This document shows, in pieces, positions 42,787-53,371 of a stretch of 64,000 bases of DNA. Each line of letters begins with the position of its first letter. The stretch's first letter is position 1. Location: assembly GCA_963841915.1 (NCBI GenBank), contig CAWJEN010000006.1, positions 1,504,001 through 1,568,000 on the forward strand, written 5' to 3'. The notes beneath the pieces are model-generated. The model searched no databases and had not been told where the DNA came from. It saw only the letters and a program-made list of their open reading frames with translations. Source of the stretch: an uncultured Planctomycetota bacterium. Its GTDB lineage: Bacteria > Planctomycetota > Phycisphaerae > Tepidisphaerales > Tepidisphaeraceae. The position numbers were made by a program, and so were the translations under genes.

Positions 42787-42840
42787 CGCGGGTGGTCGAT
42801 CGGTTTCCGCAGCCGATCGGACAGAGCGAAGAGTGCGGGC

Positions 42841-45800
42841 GTGAAGAACCGCTTTTCAGAAGGTCACAACCGGTCCGTCCGCCGCGGGTCGGCTCTGGTG
42901 GTGCAGACCCGCCGCCTGGGGCGATCGGGTGGTAGAAGGCGGCGAGGCGTGGTGCTGTTGTTCGTGGTGGTTTTGCTGACCTTGCTGGCGATCGTCGCCA
43001 GTGCGTTCCTGATCAGCACACGGTTGGCGAGTGGCCAAAGCGGCGTCGACGCGCGTGGCGGTCAGGTGTTCCAGGACGGCGTCGACGCCGAGGGCCAGAT
43101 CGTCGCGGTACGGGACCGGGCGATTGAGCAGCGTGCAGTTGCAAATCGCGTTGGATGTCTTCGAGACGGTCCGGGATAATCCAGCTGGCAACACCACGGC
43201 CGCCCGCACGATCGACTTCGCCAATGATCTTGCTGTGGCGGCCGACGCGTGCGACGGCCAACACGGGCTTTTACGGCAACAACAACGTTCCACCCAACCC
43301 CGCTGCGGCCGCAGGACCTGAACGTTTTGCGCCGATGCAGACGTACGTTGCTGTGGCTTATCCCGGCACCACGTTTCCGGCGCGGGAAACGCTGTCAACG
43401 CCGCGGCGGCGGTCGATGGGCGAGCGACTGGTTACCCCAACGGCGACCCGGCCTACGCCACGCCGGCGACGGCGTTGCGGTCTCCGTATTTTCCGCTCGA
43501 CGCACTTGGCGACACCGACCCGCACCTGGCCTCGGCCCGTCCAACGCCGACGGCCGGCATCGAGTTCGACGGTGCCACGCTCACGTTGCCCGGCGACTTG
43601 ACGGGCGACTACCTGTGGGAGCGGATCTCCGCTCCACCCGTCGGGCTGCCGGGGCTGAGCGATCGACAACGTTTTCGTCAATCCATTTGCGGCAGGCAGC
43701 TTTGCCGACCTCGACACAGCGGCGGATCGGCTGCTCTTGACGGAGCGATGCCGACGGTCATCCGGCAGTCTACCGGCGACGCCTTTGTCGAGTATGAGGG
43801 TGATGCCGCGGCCGAGTACGTCAACGACCGTATCCGCGTTTTCCCGGCTTGTTGTACGACGCTCGACGGCGGGCAACGCCTGCGAACGTCGATCCGGCAC
43901 CGTCAGGTGCCGACCTGATCTCTGCCCGCCGGTGACGCCGACGGTGACGGCGTCGCCGACGCGGGGCTTGTCCCGATCGTCTTCAATGAAAACGCATCCG
44001 TCGGCAACCCCAACCGCTACCTCGATCCGGCGACGAATCTGAGCTACACGCTCAGCTACCGTGTCGTCGACAACAACGCCAGCGTCAACGTCAACACAGC
44101 TCTGACGAGTCAGGGTGATTTGGCGATCCCGGCTGGCGTCGGCGCTGGCGTTGACGTGACGACGAATACCCTCGCCACACCGCAGACGCTCTACGAAGGG
44201 TTTGCCGGTCCGAATCGAGGCATCTGGCCGAGCAACGTCGGCGCCTATCAGTTGCAGCCGTTCCGGATCGGCGGGACGACGCTTGCCGACGATCAGTTCG
44301 GCGGCACGGCCGGTGAAGAACTCGGTGCTGACCAGATGGCTGACATCATGACCGAGCTGACCGGCGTCACCGCAAGTCAGCTCGACGACGACTCGCTCGC
44401 CGAGGTGCTTCTGCGCTTCAGGTGCGCCGGCTGCCACTCCCGATGTTGAGACAGCGACTGTGGGTGAACTGCTGGGGCTTGGCCTGACGACGCGACTCGG
44501 CCATCCCGCTCCTTTGTCGAGCGACGAGAATCCGACAATCAACGACCGGCGCTACGACGTTGGACGTCCATTTACCGACGCAGGTGCGACCAGAATCGCT
44601 GCTTCATCGTGGCGGCGGATACATTGATCAGTCGGCCGACAAGTCGCGGCTTGAGCGAGTTGCCAGCGACTCGCTGTGGATCGGCGCGGGGAACTACGTT
44701 GCCAACCCGCAGTTGAGCTTCGGTTCGTTCGTGCTGAATGATCCGATGGGAGTTGCCGCAACGGAGCAGCAGCGTCGGGCGTTATGGGCCGAGATGTTCA
44801 TGACGGCCGACCCAGACAACGCAGACTACGTCTACGACCGCGCCGACGCTGCTGGGTGGCGGCATCAGCTGTGCCGCTACCCGATCAGTCCGCGGAGCGG
44901 TCTCGTCGCCGAGAACGGCGTGAGCATGGCGTTCAGCCCGCTGCTGCTGGACCCGGCGGCGGCGTTCACGCACGGCGAGGCAAGGTGTCCGGCCGGCATG
45001 CCGCCGTACGCGTTGACGGCCGCTGATCCGCAGATTGCGACGGTGCGTCCGCCGGTAAAGGCGGGCCTGAACTCCGGCCGGCTTCGGCGAGTTGTGGCGT
45101 GCGTACTGGAACATCATGGCCGACCCGTCGGGCCCGGTCGCTGCCGCCGACTTTGCAGTGCCCGGCGACATCGACGACGCGACGACCCCCAACCCGAATG
45201 CGGAGTTCGAGCCGAATGTTCTTGTGACCGGCCTGCCAGCGATGATGAGCGACGAGCAACTGCTCCTGCTCCGCGCCGCCATCGCGGCGGTCAACACGAT
45301 GGACATTCGTGATCTCGAGCAAGCGATGGATATGGACGGCGCGTCGATGTCGACTTGGACAACGGCGATGCGACGATCGACGTCCGCCGCAGAATGGCGA
45401 TGCGGACATTACCGTGGCAGAGATCGATCTCGGCACTTTCGGCGGCGGGCACCGCTCAAGGCCCGCGTCTACGGCACCGAGGCTCAGCCGTTCATCGCGG
45501 AGTACGTCGTCGACTTCGACGTGCTCGGCACGGCGGTCGAGTACTGCGGCGGTCGAGCTGTTGAACCCGTACCCGTTCCCGATCAGATGGAGGCTGGTAC
45601 TCGTGGCGACCGATTCCGGCGGCGGGTGGAGATCCCGTATTTTTGCCGACTCTCGAGCGAGCAACCAACGGCCGGTCGCAGACACTCGATTGTCATGCCT
45701 GCGGCAACGGGCGGTACGATGGTGGAACGCTTGTCGTGACAAGCAGTGCGGCGCCGATCCTGCCGGTGTGACGCCGCCCGTCGCGTGATGTCGATGAGGC

Positions 45801-47535
45801 CGGGACGTCGACGGAGCGCCGACTGCGACCGCCGCGATGGACACTGCGACGTCGCGGTGATTGCCTCGCCCGCGGCGGCTGCCGGGTTCTTCGGTGAGGC
45901 GGTCTGTGCCATCGGCCGGCCAATGCGGCCGCTCCGCTCGCCCGAAGACCTGGTACCACTCGACATGGTCGACATCACAGGTACGGTGCCGGCTGAGCGA
46001 CGCCACCGGTTCCGCTATGCCCGCGATGATTCGCACGCGGTGGCAACGACGCCTCGCGGGACTGGAACGTTCAGTCTTCGTGGCGGATTACGACGCAGCG
46101 GCTGCCGGTCGTCGCACTTGATCCCGATACGACGCCGGTGCTCGACCAACTTCAGTGGTCACCCGAGTCGATCCCGCAAATCCGCATGCCAGGCGACAGC
46201 GGTTGACGCGGTGACCGATCTTGGTGCTCCGAATACGACTTCATGACGCCGCTTTCCCACGGCGGACTTCCCGTCGGTCCCGTGCTTCCGGGCCAATTGC
46301 CGCAACTGGTGCAACTGCTCCAACGTGGCCGTACGGCGGCTTTGCCCGGGCGGCGATGCGCTGACCGTGCCGATCGTCGGCAGCTACAGTTGTCACCAGT
46401 GCCGGTGGCTTCAGCTGGCTGTTCGGCCGGTCAGATCAACGCCATCTCGGACCAGCAGACGTCGAAACGGCTCAGCCAGGTGGAGACGGTGTGACTAAGG
46501 CGCAAGACTGCCTCTCGCTTTCGATGAGACAGGTGTGCCCGTCTACGACTGGGCCGCGGACGCGCTGAATTACCTCACGGCCCTCGACAACTTCGGCGAC
46601 GACACGTTCCCGAATGCAGACCTGCGCTTTGCCGGGATCGACTACACACTCGACACGATGGATACGACGCCCGGCTTCGGAGCGGACGACGGACTGCCGG
46701 ACGCGTTCCTGACGCAGTTCAACAGTGCCGCCTCGCCGTTCTTGCTGACGCCGTCTTTCGCGACGCCGGTGGGTGGCACCGACACGACGGTCCTTGGTCC
46801 GATCGATAACGACGGCAACGGCCGATACGGGCTGAGTGTGCCGCAGGTCTTCGGCTCGCTTGCCACCGACTTGGAGGCTGTGACCGAGCGGTATCGCGAG
46901 GCGTTCCTGCCGGCCCAGGGCAAGATCAACCTGCTCGACCACGGGTGCCGGCATTCTCAAGACGTTGCCGCTCGTCTCCTCAGCAGCCGGTGGCGTTGAC
47001 GCGACAAACGCCGTCGCGGCTGACGCATTCGTTCTGAATGTGTTCGACGCCGGATTGGATACCGACGCCAGCGGCACGATCGATGTCGGTGAGGCGCTGG
47101 TGGGCTTGTCTTCGTTGTCACCGTTCTACATCGCCAACAGCGTCACGACGGCGACCAACAGCGGCGACCTGAGTGGCCTGATCGCCGGGTACAACACGGC
47201 TGGTGTTGATGCCGACGCGACCGACTACTACGACGTGACCGACGGCACTGCCGGCGATGTCGATGCCGCCATTGTCGACGTCGCCCGCCTCAGCAACCTC
47301 ACCACGCTCCAGAGCGACAGCTACACCGTCTACCTCATCGTTCAGGCGTGGGACGGCTTCGGCACGCCTCAGGCTCGTATCGTCAATCAGGAGCGTGTCG
47401 CATTCATCGTCGATCGCAGCGGCATCTATCCGGCAGGGCACGGGATTCCCGGGCTGCCGGGCGAAGTCGGTTATGCCGACGCCGATGAGTTGCTCGACGC
47501 GCTCGAAGATCACGCCGATCACGCCGGGTAACTGA
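42841..47535 (+). pseudogene. Giant PilX/GspK-like minor pilin or adhesin (~1500 aa) broken by about 10 or more frameshifts
   Basis: N-terminus RRRRGVVLLFVVVLLTLLAIVASAF; internal GDADGDGVAD and RVVDNNASVNVNTA; C-terminus LSNLTTLQSDSYTVYLIVQAW...AFIVDRS. Protein-like segments alternate between frames. Confidence 0.78.
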
Positions 47536-47768
47536 CGGTTGTGAGGGCGGATCAGATCATGCCGCAGTGGGTCGTGTCGCGACCGGCTGCGGCATTTTTG
47601 CGTTTTGGCGTGAAGTGGCAGGTGCGGCCGTAGACTTTGGGTCCAACCGCCGGGCGATGCTTACCACGTTGCCCGACGGCCGTGCCGACACGGTCGGCCG
47701 GCCATTCATCCCAAACCTTTTTCGTCGCGTCCTGACGACCGCCCGGGACGCGCAGCGAGGACTTGTGC

Positions 47769-50700
47769 ATGCCCCAGACGCCCGCGACCCCGTTCGATAA
47801 GCCGCACGTCGGCCACGCCGCCGCCTGGCCGGCCGAGGGCCTCTACGACCCCCGCTTCGAGCACGACAACTGCGGCTTCGGCTTCGTCGCCCACATCAAG
47901 GGCAGGCCGTCGCACACGCTACTGGGTCGGGCGTTGGAGATGCTGACGAACATGGAGCATCGCGGCGGCTGCGGGTGTGACCCGGGCAGCGGTGACGGTG
48001 CGGGCGTTCTCGTCGGCACGCCCGACGCGTTTCTGCGTCGCGTCGCCGGCGAGGCCAAGTTCGAACTGCCGGCGTTCGGCGAGTACGCGGTGGGCATGAT
48101 GTTCCTGCCCAAGGAGACGGTGCTGCGGCGTAAGTGCGAGCGGCTCTTCGAGCGGGTGCTGGCGGACTACGACATGCACGTCATCGGCTGGCGTGACGTG
48201 CCGGTCGACCCGACGGGCCTGGGCAGCGACTCGATCAAGGCCGAGCCGATGGTGCGGCAGGCGTTCGTGGGCATGAAGCGGTCGTTCTTCGACCGAGGCG
48301 ACTTCAACAGGCGGTTGTACCTTGTCCGCCAGCGGGTCGAAAACACGGTCGAGTTCGGCGAAGAGCGTGATTGGCCCAAGGCGGCCAAGGATGCGTTCTA
48401 CATCTGCACGCTCAGCACGAACCGCCTCGTCTACAAGGGCATGCTGACGGCCCCGCAGCTGGGCACGTATTACCTCGACCTGCAGGCGGAAGATTTTCAG
48501 ACGCACTTTGCTGTCGTCCACAGCCGCTTCAGCACGAACACGTTCCCGTCGTGGCGGCTGGCCCACCCGTATCGCTACCTCGCCCACAACGGCGAAATCA
48601 ACACCATTCGCGGCAACCGCAACTGGATGAAGGCCCGCACGGGCAGCCTCGAATCCAAGAAGTTCGGCACCGAGCTCGACAAGCTCTTCCCGCTGCTGAG
48701 CGGCTCGACCAGCGACTCGGCCACGCTCGACAACGCGCTTCAGTTCCTGACCGTCAACGGCCGCGAGCTGGCGCACTCGATGCTGATGCTGATTCCCGAG
48801 GCGTGGCAGAACGACCCGCGGATGGACCCGGACCTGCGGGCATTTTACGAGTACCACGCGTGTCTCATGGAGCCGTGGGACGGCCCGGCGGGCGTGGCGT
48901 TCACGAACGGCAGGCAGCTCGGCGCGACGCTCGACCGCAACGGTCTGCGGCCCGCGCGGTACTACGTGACGCACGACGACCTGCTGGTGATGGGCAGCGA
49001 GGCCGGCTCGATCGAGCTGCCGCCCGAAGAGATCAAGCAGAAATGGCGGCTCCAGCCTGGCAAGGTGTTGCTCGCCGACTTTGACGAAGGGCGGATCGTC
49101 GACGACGCCGAGGTGAAGGGCGATCTGGTCGACATGCGGCCGTGGACGCGTTGGGTGCGTGAGAACCTTGTGGTGCTCGACGACCTGCCGGATGTCAGTC
49201 AGGCCGAGAAGAAGGAGCCGATGGTCGGCACGTTCGACCCGGCGATGCTGGCAGACGCATCGAGCGGCGACGACGACGAAGAGGCAGGTCTCGTCAAAGA
49301 TTTTGACGGCCTGGCGACGCTGACGCTGGCCGGTCAGCGACTTCCCCGCGAGGTCGACGGCGGGCCGAACGAACGGTTGCTCAAGACACAGCGGGCGTTC
49401 GGGTACACGAACGAGGACCTGCGGATGCTGGTCTACCCGATGGCCGCCGCGGGTGCCGAGGCGGTCGGTTCGATGGGTGCCGACACGCCGCTGGCGTGCC
49501 TGAGCGACAAGCCGCAACCGCTGTTCAACTACTTCAAGCAGCTGTTCGCCCAGGTGACGAACCCGCCGCTTGATGCCATTCGTGAGGAAATGGTCACGAG
49601 CCTGATCACCTACCTCGGCCACGAGCGCAACCTGCTCGACGAAACGCCGATGCATGCCCGCCTGCTGAAGCTGCGTGGCCCGGTGATTACGAGCGAAGAG
49701 CTTGCCAAGATTCGTGCGTTGGGTACGCGAGAAGAAGACTTTCGCTGCGCGACGATCAGCGCACTTTTCGACGCCACCGCTGAAGAGCCGGGCGAGGCAC
49801 TGCAGGAGGCCGTCGATCAGATGTGTCACGAGGTCAGCGAGGCGATCCACGACGGGGCCAGCCTCATCGTGATCAGCGACCGCGGCGTCACGGACAAACT
49901 CGTACCGATCCCGTCGCTGCTGGCCACGGCAGCGGTGCATCACCACCTCATTCGGGATGGCACGCGCAACCAGGCCGGCCTCATCGTCGAGACGGGTGAA
50001 GCCCGGGAAGGGCACCACTACTGCTGCCTGCTCGGCTACGGCGCCGGTGCGATCAACCCGTACCTGGCACTCGACACCATCAATGACCTGCACGCCGACC
50101 AGCTGTTGCCGGGTGACATGACGGCCGTCGAAGCGCGGAAGAATTACGTCAAGGCTGCGCACAAGGCGATCCTCAAGGTCGCCAGCAAGATGGGCATCAG
50201 CACCGTGCAAAGTTACCGCGGCGCACAGATCTTCGAGGCATTGGGCATCGGCAGCGAGCTCATCGACCGGTACTTCGTGGACACGCCGTCTCGGATCGGC
50301 GGCGTCGGTCTGTCGGAAATCGCGCTCGAGGCGCTGATGAAGCACCGCCGGGCGTTTCCGCGTGTGGACGCCGAACGCAGCCTCGTGCTCGACGCCGGCG
50401 GGTATTACCAATGGCGTCGCGACGGTGAATTCCACCAGTGGAATCCCGGCACGGTTGCCAAGCTGCAGCACGCCGTCCGCGTCGACAGCGAAAAGGCGTT
50501 CCGCGACTACAGCAAGCTCGTCGACGACGACGCCCGTGCCCGCAGCACGCTGCGTGGCCTGATGGAGATCAAGCAGGCCAAGGAGCCGGTACCGCTCGAT
50601 GAAGTCGAGTCGGCCAAAGAAATCGTCAAACGGTTCGTCACCGGTGCGATGAGTCTCGGCTCGATCAGCACCGAAGCGCACGAAACGCTGGCATTGGCGA

Positions 50701-52550
50701 TGAACGAAATCGGTGGCAAGAGCAACAGCGGCGAGGGCGGCGAGTCGCCCGAGCGATACGTGCCGTTGGGCGTCAACGGCCAGACCACCCGCAATCCACG
50801 CCGCAGCGCCATCAAGCAGGTCGCCAGCGGCCGATTCGGCGTGCACGGTGACTACCTGCGCAACAGTGACCAGATTCAGATCAAGGTCGCCCAGGGTGCC
50901 AAGCCCGGTGAAGGCGGGGCGTTGAGTGGGCAGAAGGTCAACGAGTTCATCGCCAAGGTGCGTCACAGCACGCCGGGCGTCGGCCTCATCTCGCCGCCGC
51001 CACACCACGACATCTACTCGATCGAGGATCTGGCACAGCTGATCCACGACCTGAAGAACACCAATCCCAGGGCCGACGTGAGCGTCAAGCTCGTCAGCGA
51101 GGTCGGCGTCGGCACGGTTGCGGCGGGCGTTGCCAAGGCCAAGGCCGACCACATCGTCATCGCCGGCTTCGACGGCGGCACGGGTAACGCGGCGTTGTCA
51201 TCCATCAAGCACTGCGGCCTGCCGTGGGAGCTGGGATTGGCCGAAACACAGCAAACGCTCTTGAAAAACGGCCTGCGTGGCCGCGTGCGGCTTCAGGCAG
51301 ACGGCGGCATGAAGACCGGCCGAGACGTTGTCATCGCCGCGTTGCTCGGCGCCGAAGAAGTCGGCTTCAGCACCGCGCCGCTCATCGCGCTCGGCTGCAT
51401 CATGATGCGGGTCTGCCACCTCAACACGTGTCCCGTCGGCATCGCCACGCAGGATCCGGAGCTGCGTAAAAAGTTCATCGGCCAGCCCGAGCATGTCATC
51501 AACTACATGTTCTTCGTCGCCAACGAAGTCCGCGAGCACATGGCAAGCCTCGGCTTCCGCACCTTCGACGAGATGGTCGGCCGCTGCGACATGCTCGGCT
51601 TCGTCGACCTCAGCGCCCACCCGAAGCAAAGCCTGCTCGACCTGTCACCGATTCTCAAGAAGATGAAGCCCCGCAAGGGCGACACCACCTTCAAGACAGT
51701 CGAACAGGATCACGAAATCGACCGTGCCCTCGACAACCGCCTCATCGAGCTGGCAATGCCGGCGATCGAGCGGGGCGAGACGGTCCACGCCGAGGTGCCG
51801 GTCCGCAACGTCAACCGCACGTGCGGAACGATGCTCTCGGGCCGAGTCAACGAAAAGTACGGTCTCGACGGCCTGCCGACCGACACGATCCGCTTCAAGT
51901 TCGGCGGCACGGCCGGCCAGAGCTTTGGGGCGTTCTTGGCCGCCGGTGTCACGCTCGAGCTCGAAGGCGACGCCAACGACTACGTCGGCAAAGGGTTGTC
52001 GGGCGGCAGGATCATCGTCTACCCGCCCAGGAACAGCACGTTCGAAGCGTCGAAGAACATTATCGCCGGCAACGTCATCGCGTATGGCGCGATTGCCGGG
52101 GAGATGTACCTCAGCGGCGTCGTGGGCGAACGGTTCTGCGTGCGGAACAGCGGTGCCAACGCCGTCGCCGAAGGGTGCGGCGATCACGGCTGCGAATACA
52201 TGACCGGCGGGCGTGTGCTGATTCTGGGCAAGACCGGCCGCAACTTCGCGGCCGGCATGTCGGGCGGCATTGCCTACGTCTACGACCCGGACAACGACTT
52301 CTCAGCCCGGTGCAACACGGAGATGGTCGAACTGGGTCCCGTCGACGAAGACGACGACATGGCCACCGTCCGGTCGTTGATGGAGCGGCACGCCGAGTTG
52401 ACCGGCAGCACCGTCGCCAAGGGCATGCTCGAGCACTTCGACAGTGCCGTCACGTTCTTCACGCGGGTGATGCCGACCGACTACCGCCGCGTGATGGAAA
52501 GCCGCAAAGCCGGCAGCCGCAGAGCGGGCGACGTGGTGACGGCAGGCTAG
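47769..52550 (+). CDS. gltB: Glutamate synthase large subunit
   Basis: EHDNCGFGFVA, HSRFSTNTFPSW, EPWDGPA, KQVASGRFGV, QGAKPGEGG, CIMMRVCHLNTCPVG, EGCGDHGCEYMTGG. Confidence 0.97.
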   Translation: MPQTPATPFDKPHVGHAAAWPAEGLYDPRFEHDNCGFGFVAHIKGRPSHTLLGRALEMLTNMEHRGGCGCDPGSGDGAGVLVGTPDAFLRRVAGEAKFELPAFGEYAVGMMFLPKETVLRRKCERLFERVLADYDMHVIGWRDVPVDPTGLGSDSIKAEPMVRQAFVGMKRSFFDRGDFNRRLYLVRQRVENTVEFGEERDWPKAAKDAFYICTLSTNRLVYKGMLTAPQLGTYYLDLQAEDFQTHFAVVHSRFSTNTFPSWRLAHPYRYLAHNGEINTIRGNRNWMKARTGSLESKKFGTELDKLFPLLSGSTSDSATLDNALQFLTVNGRELAHSMLMLIPEAWQNDPRMDPDLRAFYEYHACLMEPWDGPAGVAFTNGRQLGATLDRNGLRPARYYVTHDDLLVMGSEAGSIELPPEEIKQKWRLQPGKVLLADFDEGRIVDDAEVKGDLVDMRPWTRWVRENLVVLDDLPDVSQAEKKEPMVGTFDPAMLADASSGDDDEEAGLVKDFDGLATLTLAGQRLPREVDGGPNERLLKTQRAFGYTNEDLRMLVYPMAAAGAEAVGSMGADTPLACLSDKPQPLFNYFKQLFAQVTNPPLDAIREEMVTSLITYLGHERNLLDETPMHARLLKLRGPVITSEELAKIRALGTREEDFRCATISALFDATAEEPGEALQEAVDQMCHEVSEAIHDGASLIVISDRGVTDKLVPIPSLLATAAVHHHLIRDGTRNQAGLIVETGEAREGHHYCCLLGYGAGAINPYLALDTINDLHADQLLPGDMTAVEARKNYVKAAHKAILKVASKMGISTVQSYRGAQIFEALGIGSELIDRYFVDTPSRIGGVGLSEIALEALMKHRRAFPRVDAERSLVLDAGGYYQWRRDGEFHQWNPGTVAKLQHAVRVDSEKAFRDYSKLVDDDARARSTLRGLMEIKQAKEPVPLDEVESAKEIVKRFVTGAMSLGSISTEAHETLALAMNEIGGKSNSGEGGESPERYVPLGVNGQTTRNPRRSAIKQVASGRFGVHGDYLRNSDQIQIKVAQGAKPGEGGALSGQKVNEFIAKVRHSTPGVGLISPPPHHDIYSIEDLAQLIHDLKNTNPRADVSVKLVSEVGVGTVAAGVAKAKADHIVIAGFDGGTGNAALSSIKHCGLPWELGLAETQQTLLKNGLRGRVRLQADGGMKTGRDVVIAALLGAEEVGFSTAPLIALGCIMMRVCHLNTCPVGIATQDPELRKKFIGQPEHVINYMFFVANEVREHMASLGFRTFDEMVGRCDMLGFVDLSAHPKQSLLDLSPILKKMKPRKGDTTFKTVEQDHEIDRALDNRLIELAMPAIERGETVHAEVPVRNVNRTCGTMLSGRVNEKYGLDGLPTDTIRFKFGGTAGQSFGAFLAAGVTLELEGDANDYVGKGLSGGRIIVYPPRNSTFEASKNIIAGNVIAYGAIAGEMYLSGVVGERFCVRNSGANAVAEGCGDHGCEYMTGGRVLILGKTGRNFAAGMSGGIAYVYDPDNDFSARCNTEMVELGPVDEDDDMATVRSLMERHAELTGSTVAKGMLEHFDSAVTFFTRVMPTDYRRVMESRKAGSRRAGDVVTAG

Positions 52551-52561
52551 TTGTACCCACC

Positions 52562-52584
52562 GTTGTTGCCTGGGAGGCAACAAC
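52562..52584 (+). terminator. Hairpin downstream of gltB (possible terminator)
   Basis: GTTGTTGCCT-GGG-AGGCAACAAC, perfect 10-bp stem, no clear U-tract. Confidence 0.45.
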
Positions 52585-52603
52585 AAGGTAAGATAGAGCC
52601 GTC

Positions 52604-52864
52604 ATGGACGACAAGATGTCCGTCACGGATCTGTACTTCAATGCCAGGCAACTTCTGGCGGCGACGAGATCTCTTCGGCACCGCCGCGACGAACTGCGAT
52701 GGACGTGCGAGGATCTCGAGGATGCCCTCCTCGACCTGAAACTCGCCTACATCGGCAGTGACACGCCCCTTGCCGACGACTTCGCGCAGGAGTGCATCGA
52801 GTTCATGGAACAGATTTCAAGCCTCGTTGGACAACTACCCGACGAAGAACCCGACGCCTTCTAA
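52604..52864 (+). CDS. Small acidic helical hypothetical protein
   Basis: 86-aa ORF with ATG start, ending 10 nt before the HTH gene. Confidence 0.6.
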   Translation: MDDKMSVTDLYFNARQLLAATRSLRHRRDELRWTCEDLEDALLDLKLAYIGSDTPLADDFAQECIEFMEQISSLVGQLPDEEPDAF

Positions 52865-52874
52865 TCGTATTGCT

Positions 52875-53231
52875 ATGCGTAGAACATCACTTACCGCTCA
52901 AGCCGCCCGGGTGGTCCATCATCTCACCGAGAAGCTCGGCATGACGCAGTCGGAGATTGCGGAGATCATCGGCGTTCACCGTTCCTTTGTGACGCGGTGC
53001 AAGAACGCCGAGCGTGAATTCGGACCCGGGCACATCAACGCGATCGCTGAACACCTCGGTTTGCCGATGGGGGCGTTTTTGATGGCCGTCTCGCCGGCTG
53101 ATTTGGAGCACCCGAATCCGAAGGTCCGCGAAGTGCAGCGGCTTGCGGCGGAGTTGATGACGCAGCTCGACGAGTTCAGAAAGTCCCGGAAGCAGGCAAG
53201 TGCCGATGTCGAGCCGGCGACCGCCGCCTGA
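52875..53231 (+). CDS. XRE-family helix-turn-helix protein
   Basis: GMTQSEIAEIIGVHRSFVTRCKNAER...IAEHLG; start ATG 52875. Confidence 0.8.
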   Translation: MRRTSLTAQAARVVHHLTEKLGMTQSEIAEIIGVHRSFVTRCKNAEREFGPGHINAIAEHLGLPMGAFLMAVSPADLEHPNPKVREVQRLAAELMTQLDEFRKSRKQASADVEPATAA

Positions 53232-53371
53232 GTCGCAGCGACGGCTTCCTCGGCGTGATTCTGCGCGAGTCGGTTGCATCCGCCGGCTCGGGCCGCACAA
53301 TGGTCATCCCACTGCCGCGGATTGGCCCGCGGCACGAGTGACCCTTCAGAAACCTAGAGAAACCACCGCAC

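Noticed and set aside
41408..42840. IS or transposon explanation for the insert
   Set aside because: I found no transposase or integrase motifs, terminal inverted repeats or convincing target-site duplication.
47919..51152. Long antisense ORFs (1077 aa here; also 16864-19473, 7077-8966, 29086-30522, 22881-24140)
   Set aside because: They are shadow ORFs opposite well-supported genes, expected from high-GC codon bias, and carry no recognisable motifs.
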